DNA of 64,000 nt, from contig CAWFJP010000018.1 of assembly GCA_963816145.1 (NCBI GenBank), positions 128,001 through 192,000 on the forward strand, given 5' to 3'. The notes below the pieces were generated by a model, which was not told where the DNA came from, did not search any database, and saw only the letters and a program-made list of their open reading frames with translations. The stretch comes from an uncultured delta proteobacterium. Its GTDB lineage: Bacteria; Desulfobacterota; Binatia; UBA9968. The first letter of the stretch is position 1, and each line of letters starts with the position of its first letter. The position numbers and the translations under genes were made by a program. Positions 1 to 8,970 of this stretch are shown here, piece by piece.

Positions 1-252
1 TCTTAGGCGGGATCGATCCATGTGAGTCAATCTAGCGGATGGCGGCAGCATCTTGTCGAACCGACGGCGACTTCGCTAAAGCAGCCTCGTTCTGGAAAAC
101 CTCTAATTCTTCGCTCATGCGATGATTGCCACCACTTTCGAATGCTCTCCGCGGTGACCATTCCCGAAAAAGCCGCACTGTTCAAGAGCGCGAAGTTCCC
201 GGTCCAGGACACCACTCCGGTTCCCATCGTTCCATGGGTTCCATCAAGCTAG

Positions 253-441
253 TCAGTTAAGATCTTTGCCGTAGCGCGCGGCGCGTTCTTCGACCAAAAA
301 GCCGATCTTGCGCTTCTTGGGCTCCGGCGGGGTCATCAACTGGCGGATGGCTTCGAACAGCGATCGAATGTGGACGTCATGGCTCTCCAATTTGCGCTCC
401 AACGCGTCGAGCTTGCGGGCCAAATCCATATTGGACGCGAT
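253..441 (-). pseudogene. C-terminal fragment of an ORF6N-domain-like protein, copy 1
   Basis: Manual translation [62 protein letters not shown]; 5' end abuts the repeat at 443; resembles typical ORF6N protein C-termini. Confidence 0.65.
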
Positions 442-664
442 CGTTCCAATGGTTCCAGTCGTTCCAAAGGCTCCAGCAGTTCGGTTTCCTAGGATCGTTC
501 AAGTGTTCAACTAGCGTTAAGCATGGCTTCGGGCGACTCGGGAGCAAAGATAAAGGCGGAAGCATGGGGCGATTCGGCTCAACGGTTCCCTTCGGCGGGC
601 GCAGGGCCTGAGTTTATCGAGGCAACAGTTCAGACGTTTAACGATGGACTCGGAGGGGTGTCGC

Positions 665-874
665 TCATTTACCGGCGGTTAACTCGGCTTCAAGGGCCGC
701 TCCTTGCGAAACCGGCTAACGCCGAGAATGCGGAATCCAACCAACTGTCCATGCTCGTCGACTCGCTCCATGAGCGCGTCGTGGGCGGTTTCGCGCATGA
801 ACCCGGCGGCATCGCTGAACCGTACTTCTAAAAAGTCACCTCGGGATCGCACCAGACTTTTACTTATCGGCCAT
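665..874 (-). pseudogene. Frameshifted DUF2283-like antitoxin
   Basis: Across frameshifts reads MADK-VKVW-DP-GDFLEVRFSDAAGFMRETAHDALMERVDEHGQLVGFRILGVSRFRK-PLEAELTAGK*. Confidence 0.6.
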
Positions 875-960
875 ACGATTTCTCCTGCTATTCACAGTGT
901 CCGTCAAATACGCGGTAATGACAAAAGGATCACTCGGCAAATACTTTACCACCACGCACC
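860..960 (-). pseudogene. 3' fragment of a DUF4258/BrnT-like toxin partner
   Basis: CVVVKYLPSDPFVITAYLTD immediately upstream of and overlapping the DUF2283-like gene; no 5' part. Confidence 0.45.
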
Positions 961-992
961 GAATTAAAGATATCGAGCGCGCTATTTGAAAG

Positions 993-1403
993 TTATCGGG
1001 CCGGTATGATCGCAAAGCGACCGAGCCTGGCTGGCCGATAAACCTGAAAATCACGACGGTCGAGGGTGAAGATTCGCCGCAACCGTTCGCGCTCGGCAAC
1101 GCGAACCAAGGCGCCGTCCGCCAGATCCATCGGCAAATCGCGGTACTTGCGCATCAATTCTCTAATGCGCGGGACGTCCTCAATGCCTAACGGCAGGATC
1201 TCTATCGCGCCGGTCGCGATCATTTCCCAAAGCGCATCCTGGGCGCGCCAAGAAAAATTCAAAAGGTGCAGGGCTTCGGTGACTACGGGCCACACCGTGC
1301 CAAGCGGTTCGTCGAGCGCGGCAAAGGCGTCTCGACAACGCTCATGTTGATTGTCGTCTTGGTGGATGAGGGCGATCAACGGCCCGGCGTCGACAAGGAT
1401 CAT
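993..1403 (-). CDS. vapC: PIN-domain (VapC-like) toxin
   Basis: MILVDAGPLIAL, VVTEA, MDLADGALV, IFTLDRRDF PIN motifs; overlaps the antitoxin stop. Confidence 0.9.
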   Translation of the reverse strand: MILVDAGPLIALIHQDDNQHERCRDAFAALDEPLGTVWPVVTEALHLLNFSWRAQDALWEMIATGAIEILPLGIEDVPRIRELMRKYRDLPMDLADGALVRVAERERLRRIFTLDRRDFQVYRPARLGRFAIIPAR

Positions 1404-1666
1404 CGACGCTTGCGGGCGCGCTCGACAAGCATTTCGCGGACCTTCTTGCCCGTATCTATGGAAAGATCCCGGGGTCCGCCTTTGACACAGCCAATCAGAT
1501 GAGCCACCAGATCATACGGGCGCGTTTTCACCGCGCCCGTCCCTTCCTGTTTGGCAAGCACACCGATCGCGTCCCGGATGACTTCCGATTTGGTTTGTCG
1601 TCTTCTGCGAGCCAACCGCCCGATCAACGACTCCGTCTTTTGATCTAACCGAACGCTTAAAGGCAT
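1400..1666 (-). CDS. Ribbon-helix-helix (CopG-like) antitoxin
   Basis: LSVRLD...LARRRRQTKSEVIRDAI; upstream of the PIN toxin. Confidence 0.85.
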   Translation of the reverse strand: MPLSVRLDQKTESLIGRLARRRRQTKSEVIRDAIGVLAKQEGTGAVKTRPYDLVAHLIGCVKGGPRDLSIDTGKKVREMLVERARKRR

Positions 1667-2226
1667 AAACGCGGCGCCCCCATGTGATACAGCAGTGTAC
1701 TACAAACCAGCTCAAGACCTCAATACAGCATTCTATGAATAGAAGCCGTTCCAAGTGTTCGAGACCTTCGATACGGTCTTTGCGACCTACTCAGGGCGAA
1801 CGGAATTTTTTAATTGGGGTCCGTTCAAGTCCTTACTCGATCAAGGTCGTCGGGGCCGTTCCAATGGTTCCAGCCGTTTCAATAGTTCCAATCGTTTCAG
1901 AGGTTCCAGCGGTTATCGATCAAGAAGCGCTCAAGAACAGATTCGGGAGGGTTTACCGATCGGGGTCTGTTCAAGGGTTCAAAACGGTAGAAACTACGGC
2001 CTGACAATACGGCAATCGGTCATGACGTGAAGCCGATCAGTCGAGCGACTGGTCGATTCCCTGCTTTTCGTAATGCAATTCGTGCATCAGTCTGCTGACG
2101 TTACCTAATTCACTACCCAATGAACTAGGTACTACCTATTTCCATTTAGCGGTTCGCTGCCACTCCGCGCTTTGACCGCGGCGTAGGAATCTAACGCCTA
2201 GACGCAGGTCCGGAACCAGCACCGCT

Positions 2227-2634
2227 CTATGGTTTTTCCGTTAAAGTCTTGACGAGCGATCGAATCTCGCGAAGAAACTCCTCGCAATCTTCAAGTTGCT
2301 GGCGCACGTATGGCTCATCGAATTTTACGAATTCGATGTAGTCGCCTTCTTGCCGGTCCCGAAACAGACGGTTGTACAGATCGCCATGTTTTCGAGCGAG
2401 TCTGCCGGTTTTGATGAGGTGTTGGTTAAAACTGGCACGCACACCGCTGTGCTTCCGGAATCGACGCCCGTCCTCCAAAAGCAAAGCGCTCACCGCGTAG
2501 AAAGCAGCATAATATGCGCGGTTGATCGCGAAAGAGAAAGATTTCGCGGCAAGGTCTCTATGGGCGGCTTCCAAGCTTTCAACGGCTTTGTCCCACCAGT
2601 AGCGAATCGCTTCTGCTTTGGCGTCATTTTTCAG
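2227..2634 (-). CDS. HEPN-domain protein (MNT-HEPN pair)
   Basis: AINRAYYAAFYAVSALL, KHSGV, LFRDRQEGDY; start uncertain (CTG overlapping the MNT stop chosen). Confidence 0.85.
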   Translation of the reverse strand: MKNDAKAEAIRYWWDKAVESLEAAHRDLAAKSFSFAINRAYYAAFYAVSALLLEDGRRFRKHSGVRASFNQHLIKTGRLARKHGDLYNRLFRDRQEGDYIEFVKFDEPYVRQQLEDCEEFLREIRSLVKTLTEKP

Positions 2635-2975
2635 AGCGAAACGCCCTCTTCTTCGATGATCTTGTGAATCGGCAGGGCGGAGGGAATGCCGTGATCCCAT
2701 GTGTCGCGGTCAACGATCAACTCGCTGAGGTTCGTTCCATGGGCAAGATTCAGATCAAGGATCATGCTCGAAATCCGATCGCGATTCCGATGACTGGCCG
2801 GCTCAGCCAGGACGATTAACAGATCCTCGTCCGATCCCTCGCTCGCCGCTCCTCGAACGATCGAACCGAAGAGCAAGATACGATCGATATTGAATTCTTT
2901 GGTGAGCCGCTCTTGGGCTGCACGAAGTGCGTCACTGACATTCTGCGGAAGCTTAAGATCGTCGAGCCTTTTCAC
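2631..2975 (-). CDS. Minimal nucleotidyltransferase (MNT)
   Basis: ILLFGSIVRG...SDEDLLIV motif; coupled to HEPN. Confidence 0.88.
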   Translation of the reverse strand: MKRLDDLKLPQNVSDALRAAQERLTKEFNIDRILLFGSIVRGAASEGSDEDLLIVLAEPASHRNRDRISSMILDLNLAHGTNLSELIVDRDTWDHGIPSALPIHKIIEEEGVSL

Positions 2976-3046
2976 AGATCACCCCCGGTAGAAGGCCATC
3001 ATACGCTTATTTCTACCCTCAATTAACGGTACTACGCTTTCTCCCC

Positions 3047-3235
3047 TTATATTGCCAGGCGGAGGGATGGGCTTTTCTTCGTCGACGGCCCGCGCATCTT
3101 CTTCAATTCCTGAATCGGGTCGCCATCTCGCTTCTTCCACCGGCCGCGCGCCCTCGCCCAGATCGTCAACCGCTCTTTGCCTTTGATGATTGGCGAGATG
3201 CACGAATGTGACAGAGGTTGAGCGCGTTTTGCCAT
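3047..3235 (-). CDS. Small basic antitoxin-like protein, possibly degraded
   Basis: ERLTIWARARGRWKKRDGDPIQELKKMR resembles short orphan antitoxins; TA context. Confidence 0.35.
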   Translation of the reverse strand: MAKRAQPLSHSCISPIIKGKERLTIWARARGRWKKRDGDPIQELKKMRGPSTKKSPSLRLAI

Positions 3236-3724
3236 GCTGAAATAATATATCAGGCGCATTGGGGTGAAAAGAGCCGACGCCGCCCGGCAAGCTCGAGAGT
3301 GGGGACTGTTCCGTCATGCCTTATACTTCCAATCGTTCCACTGCTTGCAGCGGTTAGATGTTGCTGAATCGTCCAAAGGTTCAAGGTCAAATCCGGACGG
3401 TTAGCGTTCCAACGGTTCCAGTCGTTCCATGGGTTCCAGCGGTTAGCCTTCATAAGGTCGTTCAAGGGTTCAAAAAATCTAAAGATCGGCCCGTTCAAAT
3501 CGTTATCGGATCAGGTCGTCGGGGCCGTTCCAATCGTTCCAGCCGTTTCAAAAGTTCCAATCGTTTCGATTAGGAGGGATACCGTTCCAATAGTTCCAAT
3601 GGTTCCATCGGTTCCAGTAGCTGGTTCGGATCGTTCAAAGGTTCAAAGTTCAAGAGTTCACGGACGGATTCGGACGGAAACTGCCACGTTGGCGCAATTT
3701 CGAATACGCGGAGACGAACGCCGG

Positions 3725-3880
3725 CTAGCGATTGCCGTAGCGCGCGGCGCGCTCTTCGACCAAAAAGCCGATCTTGCGCTTCTTGGGCTCCGGCGGGGTC
3801 ATCAATTGGCGGATGGCATCGAAGACTACCTTGAATTGCGCGTCGTATTTCTTCTCCAATGCTTCCAACTTGCGGGCAAG
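3725..3880 (-). pseudogene. C-terminal fragment of an ORF6N-domain-like protein, copy 2
   Basis: [51 protein letters not shown]; ~90 bp nearly identical to copy 1; bounded by repeats. Confidence 0.7.
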
Positions 3881-4126
3881 TCGATCGTTGGAAGTTCAAA
3901 AGTTCAACGACAGATTCGGAAGGATACCGTTCCAATAGTTCCAGTCGTTCCACAGGTTCCAGCGGTTGGGCTTCCTAGGATGGTTCGAAGGCTCAACGAC
4001 GATTCCGCAAGGCCACCGTTCCGATGGTTGCTGTCGTTCCAGTGGTTCCAATCATTCCAGCAGCTGCTGCACAAGGGTTTATTGACTCAATCGCCTGTGT
4101 TGTCGAGGAGATTTGAGAATCGCCGG

Positions 4127-5491
4127 TTAGTTTTTCGCAGCGGGCGTCGCGCGCGTGGTTGTAGCGTTGACCTGCTCCGCAAACAACGGGCAATCGCGCG
4201 CGAGTTTGGTCAACTGACGCGATGCCACCACCCGATGTTCCCTGACGTAGGACTCGTGGTTGGCGTCGACATCACCGAGCCGATAGAGGTAATTGACCAT
4301 GATTCCGGCACAGCGCTTCAAGCCCTGCTGTGAAATATCCGCGAGCCAATTGATCCGTTCGAGCTGCGCGCCGTTGCCAAGGTGGAATCGTGCCACAGAG
4401 TCAGCCGGCTCCGCTTCTTGTTTTACGAAAAGTAGGTAATAGGCGCACAACGACATCAGATCGGGCTCAAGGCGAGCGCTATACTTGCGTTTGAACCATT
4501 CGTCGTCCTCCAGCCACTTGAGCGCTTCGCTCACGGCCCTTCCGGCGGCAGTCGATGCGAGCAAGTCTTTGACGGAGGCGAGCCAGGCGCCGAAGCCGGG
4601 AACCGGCGACAAGGTGGCAAACTGCCTGATGCGCGGAAACTCCTGGCCGAGCTCTCGGGCCACCTGTTTGATCAGCAAATTGCCGAACGGTATGCCGCGC
4701 AGGCCTTCTTGACAGCTGGTGATTGAATAAAACATCGCCGTGTCCGCGGCTTCCGGATCCGCTACCGGGGAATCCAGATCGAGCAGTGGTTGCACTGCCG
4801 TGCTGATACCCTTGGTGAGCGCCACCTCGATGAAAATGATCGGCTGTCCCGGCAGCGCGGGATGAAAGAAAGCGAAACAACGGCGATCGGCTTCAAGGCG
4901 CCGGCGCAAATCCGTCCAGCTGGCGATTTCATGGACGGCTTCGTAGTGAATAAGCTGTTCAAGGATGATAGCCGGTGTATGCCAGTCGATCCGCTCAAGC
5001 TTGAGAAAGCCAGGATTGAACCAGGAGCGGAATAATTGGACAAGGTCGGCGTCGATAACCCGCCACTCTGGATGCGATTTGAGCCCTCTAAGCACGCCGC
5101 GCCGGATCGCCACCAAGGTGGTTGTGCCGCCGGGCGCGATGTTGAGGCGATGAAAAAGCTCCTGTCGCGGCGGCGCGACGACGCGCTGCAATTCAAGCAG
5201 GTTTTCTCGCGTCGGCTGATCGCGGTAACAATCCGCAACGCGCAAGACCTGCTGTGGATCGGGGGAGAATTCCGCTACCAGCAAGTCGAAGAAAAGCGCC
5301 ATCCCCGCTTCGGAAAGATCGTCACATGCGGCGAGCGCCGCGCGCGCGTGCACGGCGCCGGAAACCTCGCCGCGGTCCGACATGAGGGCTTGGCAGAGTA
5401 CAATAGCTTTCCTTGCCTGGCGACTCAGACGCGCCCGTCCACTCGGATTGGCGGATACGATCAAACGTTTTAGAAATGAAGTGGCGTCCAT
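4127..5491 (-). CDS. Malonyl-CoA decarboxylase
   Basis: YEAVHEI, DRRCFAFFHP, FIEVALT, FYSI...GLRGIPFGNLLIKQV, TLSPVPGF, VARFHLGNGA motifs. Confidence 0.92.
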   Translation of the reverse strand: MDATSFLKRLIVSANPSGRARLSRQARKAIVLCQALMSDRGEVSGAVHARAALAACDDLSEAGMALFFDLLVAEFSPDPQQVLRVADCYRDQPTRENLLELQRVVAPPRQELFHRLNIAPGGTTTLVAIRRGVLRGLKSHPEWRVIDADLVQLFRSWFNPGFLKLERIDWHTPAIILEQLIHYEAVHEIASWTDLRRRLEADRRCFAFFHPALPGQPIIFIEVALTKGISTAVQPLLDLDSPVADPEAADTAMFYSITSCQEGLRGIPFGNLLIKQVARELGQEFPRIRQFATLSPVPGFGAWLASVKDLLASTAAGRAVSEALKWLEDDEWFKRKYSARLEPDLMSLCAYYLLFVKQEAEPADSVARFHLGNGAQLERINWLADISQQGLKRCAGIMVNYLYRLGDVDANHESYVREHRVVASRQLTKLARDCPLFAEQVNATTTRATPAAKN

Positions 5492-6001
5492 GCGGTGTCT
5501 CCTGGTCCAAGCTCTGTCTGGGATGGCGATTGGAATCGACCGGCTGTCGGGTTCATCGCGCCTGTCGCAAAAACGTCGGTCAAATTGCCGTCAAATGTGA
5601 GCCCCTGCGTCACCTTTATCGGCGGCCTCTGGCCGCTAGCGCCTTTCGGACAGGGTCGTCGCTCACCCAATGAAAGCAAAAGTCGACGATCGACCCGCCA
5701 TCAGGGAGTGTTCCAGCCGCCAACTAAAGTTTGCAAAAAAGCGCGCTCTCATTCAAACACCTGCGTAAAATATTTACCGCGGTGGGTTGATTGCTCAGCG
5801 CGACCGCCCGCGCGACAATCACGTTCAAACAGCTCGACTTTCTTCAGCCAGGTTTCGCCTTCATCCGGGTCGGACCCGGCTTACTGCGAGGAATCGCAGC
5901 CTTGTCGTCTTATAAGACTGTGTTATCGGATCTTATAGCGTCATTCTCACCGGCAAAATAGCCATCAACTATCGAGATCGGAACCGATTCAGAAGAAGAC
6001 C

Positions 6002-6040
6002 GTTCCAATAGTTCCAGGGGTTCCATCGGTTCCAGTAGTT
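6002..6040 (+). repeat. GTTCCA 9-bp tandem repeat cluster
   Basis: gttccaata gttccaggg gttccatcg gttccagta, similar to 3584-3620. Confidence 0.85.
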
Positions 6041-6310
6041 TGATAGTCGACGGCAGCACTGAGTCGCGGCGCGAGCTCTAACGAGACTCTAGGACCCAAA
6101 AGAAACGCGCCGAACAGATTTGGGCAGTGTATTTTCGCTGAATCGCCATGCTGCGGCGCCGCGGCACCACGCATGGTGATGCCCACCGCTGTTATCGCCG
6201 TGCTCATGCCCCGCTGCGGCCGCGATGAGATTCTCGCAGCCGGCAAACGCCCAGGCAGCTCCAGCGTAGAGAATCGAAAAGCAAATAGCGATGACAAGTG
6301 CGCGTTTCAT
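6041..6310 (-). pseudogene. Exported His-rich (metal-binding-like) small protein, frameshifted and running into the repeat
   Basis: Signal peptide MKRALVIAICFSILYAGAAWAFA, then GHEHGDNSGGHHHA; continues in another frame as GAAAPQHGDSAKIHCPNLF. Confidence 0.5.
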
Positions 6311-6350
6311 GTATAACCGAAATCGAAGCTAGCGCGCAGCGCCGCCCGTT

Positions 6351-7133
6351 TCAAGCCGCCGGCCGCGCCGGGCGCAGGCACAACATCAAAACCCCAAACC
6401 CAACCAGCAACATGCTGAACCACTGCGCCTCGGAAAAGCCGAAACCAAGCGATGGATTGATGCGCCAGAACTCGACGATGAAACGCATCAGCCCGGCGAG
6501 AATCAAATAGAGCCATGTGATAGTGCCCACCGCCAAGCCCTTCTTGCGCAGTGACCAGAGAATCGCAAAGACGAACAGACCCTGGAGAAACTCATAGATC
6601 GGCGTCGGATGGACGACTACACCCGAAGCGTAGGGAATTCCGGTGGTCGGATCGGCCCAGCCGACAATCGCCTTGGTGTAAGCCACGCCCCAGGGAACCG
6701 TCGTCACCGCGCCCCAGTCGCCGTCGCCGGCGAAGTGACAACCGAGGCGACCGATGCCGTAAGCCAAAGCCAGCGCCGGAAAAGTCATGTCGGCGCCGAC
6801 CAGCCAGGGAATTTTGTTTTTCCGCAGGACCCAACTCACCGCCGCAACGCCGCCAAAAAGACCGCCATACCAGGTAAACCCAGCGCCGGTAAAAATGTAG
6901 TGCATCGGCGCGGCGAGAAAACCCTGCCACTCCTCGACGATGAACAGCAAACGCGCCCCGACGAGGCCACCGAAAGCAGCGGCGAAAACCAGGGTCGAGG
7001 CTAACTCAGAATCGTAGCGGTAACGCTTTAGCTCGCACTTGACCACCCAAGCCGCGGCCAACGCCGCCACTGCCATGAAGGCGCCAAAGCTGTAAAGGGT
7101 CAGCGGTCCTAGCTGGAAGAGAATCGGGTACAT
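6351..7133 (-). CDS. lgt: Prolipoprotein diacylglyceryl transferase
   Basis: GARL, GFTWYGG, IGRLGC, HPTPIYE, RFIVEFWR. Confidence 0.93.
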   Translation of the reverse strand: MYPILFQLGPLTLYSFGAFMAVAALAAAWVVKCELKRYRYDSELASTLVFAAAFGGLVGARLLFIVEEWQGFLAAPMHYIFTGAGFTWYGGLFGGVAAVSWVLRKNKIPWLVGADMTFPALALAYGIGRLGCHFAGDGDWGAVTTVPWGVAYTKAIVGWADPTTGIPYASGVVVHPTPIYEFLQGLFVFAILWSLRKKGLAVGTITWLYLILAGLMRFIVEFWRINPSLGFGFSEAQWFSMLLVGFGVLMLCLRPARPAA

Positions 7134-7181
7134 GGATATGGCTGACTCAGAAACTAACAGATCGACGGAGCAAAAACAGCA

Positions 7182-7919
7182 CTAGCGGGTTTTTTCCAAG
7201 GCAAAAACGACATCGACATCGGTCGTGCCATGGTCGCGGACAGCGATCCGATGCGATTGCCGGCCGAGCCGCTCGTGCCAGATCTCGATTTCATAAACAC
7301 CGGCCGGTACGCGGTCAAAAAAGAACTCGCCCCGATCATTGCTAACAAAATAATACGGACTGTCAGTAACGATAATCGCCGCGCTCATCCAGGTATGCAG
7401 CACGTCGCAATCGATCCTGATGACACCGCCGCGGTCGAGCCGTTTGGTCACCTGACGCCAGTTCGGCAGTCCGATATTGAACAGCGTCTCCTGGCCCAAG
7501 CGCGCGTGCACCGTGTGCAGGATCGGATCGCTATTCTTGAGCAGCAGCTCGCTGCCCAACGGCGCGACCTGAACATGGGGTGTAAAGGCGCAGCGTTGGT
7601 TGTCGAGGACGATTTTGATCGGTTGCGCCGGAACTACGGTAACGTTCAGCGGCCGCAGGATCACCGCCGCGTTGCGCAATCGCCTGTCGGCGCTGACCAA
7701 CAGGGTCTCATTGGGCACATTGGCGCCGCAGAAAGAGCGGCTCTTAAATACTGGCAAGGGCTTGGGCTTTTCCAGCGCACCTACCACACTGACAACGCCG
7801 ACGACTTTGCCCCCGGCGAGCGGCAGGACCGATACGAAATCCGCTGCCTGAGCGAGTGCCGCGCCTGCCCACAGCAAGCAAACCAATAGATAAGGCGTGC
7901 AAAATCGAGTGGCGATCAT
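7182..7919 (-). CDS. Exported cupredoxin-like / carboxypeptidase-regulatory-like domain protein
   Basis: Signal peptide; CAFTPHV, NSDPILHTVH, CDVLHTWM, IWHERLG. Confidence 0.7.
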   Translation of the reverse strand: MIATRFCTPYLLVCLLWAGAALAQAADFVSVLPLAGGKVVGVVSVVGALEKPKPLPVFKSRSFCGANVPNETLLVSADRRLRNAAVILRPLNVTVVPAQPIKIVLDNQRCAFTPHVQVAPLGSELLLKNSDPILHTVHARLGQETLFNIGLPNWRQVTKRLDRGGVIRIDCDVLHTWMSAAIIVTDSPYYFVSNDRGEFFFDRVPAGVYEIEIWHERLGRQSHRIAVRDHGTTDVDVVFALEKTR

Positions 7920-7993
7920 TGCCCATCGTTGAGACCGACAAACTTCTCTGGTAACAATTTACAGTCTACGTTAATACTCGATCCAAATCACCA

Positions 7994-8431
7994 GTGCGCC
8001 TAGTCATTCAAAGAGTCAGCGAGGCCAGTGTCACGGTGGACGGCCAAATCATCGGCCGCATCGGTCCAGGCCTATGTATACTTGTCGGCGTCGGCAACGA
8101 CGATAATCCAACCAAGGTCGCCGCTCTCGCCGACAAGGTGAAGAAGCTGCGCATTTTCCAAGATGAGTTGGGCAAAATGAATCTCTCGGTGGCGGATATC
8201 GGCGGTGCGATCCTGTTGGTCTCGCAGTTTACGTTGTATGCCGACTGTCGCAAGGGCAATCGGCCCTCGTTCACCGATGCCGCGCCGCCCGCTATGGCCG
8301 AGGATCTCTACGAGGTATTCGCCCAACAATTACGCACCGCTGGTTTAAGCATCGCCACCGGCCAGTTTCAAGCCCATATGCAAGTGGCGCTGGTCAACGA
8401 TGGACCGGTGACCGTGGTTCTCGAAAACTAA
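7994..8431 (+). CDS. dtd: D-aminoacyl-tRNA deacylase
   Basis: [19 protein letters not shown]. Confidence 0.96.
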   Translation: MRLVIQRVSEASVTVDGQIIGRIGPGLCILVGVGNDDNPTKVAALADKVKKLRIFQDELGKMNLSVADIGGAILLVSQFTLYADCRKGNRPSFTDAAPPAMAEDLYEVFAQQLRTAGLSIATGQFQAHMQVALVNDGPVTVVLEN

Positions 8432-8433
8432 CC

Positions 8434-8886
8434 ATGCATGTCGTCCTCTACGAACCGGAGATTCCGCCCAACACCGGCAGTGTCGCGCGATTATGTGCCG
8501 CGACGTTGACGCCACTGCATTTGATCGAACCGCTGGGTTTTAAGATCGACGATAAACATCTCAAGCGCGCCGGTCTCGACTATTGGCCGTTCGTCGATCT
8601 CCACCTGCATAAGAACTGGCAACGGTTTCTTGCCGAAGTCAAACCGTCAAGACTGCTTTATTTCACCAAGAAAGCCGAACAATCGTACACATCTGTACGC
8701 TATACGGACGGCGACTTTCTCGTCTTCGGCCCGGAGACCCGAGGCTTGCCAGAGGAAATGTGGCAGGAGCTGGCGGCGTGCGCGTTGCGTATCCCCATGA
8801 GCGGCACAGGCGTGCGCAGTTTGAACTTATCCAACGCGGTTTCGATCGTCCTTTATGAAGGGTTGCGACAGCTGGGAAAGGTGTAA
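8434..8886 (+). CDS. trmL: tRNA (cytidine/uridine-34-2'-O)-methyltransferase
   Basis: PEIPPNTG, LKRAGLDYW, FGPETRGL, RSLNLSN. Confidence 0.94.
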   Translation: MHVVLYEPEIPPNTGSVARLCAATLTPLHLIEPLGFKIDDKHLKRAGLDYWPFVDLHLHKNWQRFLAEVKPSRLLYFTKKAEQSYTSVRYTDGDFLVFGPETRGLPEEMWQELAACALRIPMSGTGVRSLNLSNAVSIVLYEGLRQLGKV

Positions 8887-8970
8887 TTATCATAAGGCCC
8901 TTGACCATATACAACTTTGTGTTAATTATCGGCAGCAAATCTTTCGAAATTAGGATGGGGGGTTGCATAT

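Larger units (their letters stand above)
220..4060 (+). repeat. Polar clusters of degenerate ~9-bp tandem repeats GTTC(C/A)ANNN between TA cassettes and gene remnants
   Basis: Clusters at 220-245, 443-511, 1748-1985, 3326-3665 and 3888-4060 (e.g. gttccaatg gttccagtc gttccaaag gctccagca), all in the same orientation. Confidence 0.9.

Noticed and set aside
1-215. Possible TA junction remnant (MSEELEV... start at 118, minus strand)
   Set aside because: Too short and degraded to assign from sequence alone.
253-3880. Diversity-generating retroelement TR/VR pair
   Set aside because: Differences between the two ORF6N tails are block-like and not adenine-specific, and no reverse transcriptase is in the window.
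220-4060. CRISPR array or integron attC array
   Set aside because: Units are degenerate 9-mers in irregular clusters with no constant repeat/spacer length; no cas or intI genes and no RYYYAAC...GTTRRRY palindromes were recognised.
3250-4333. ORFs with WNxWNx, VPxVPx or LELLE repeats (e.g. 377-565, 3250-3498, 3570-3953, 3599-4333)
   Set aside because: They are translations of the 9-bp DNA repeat in different frames, not credible proteins.
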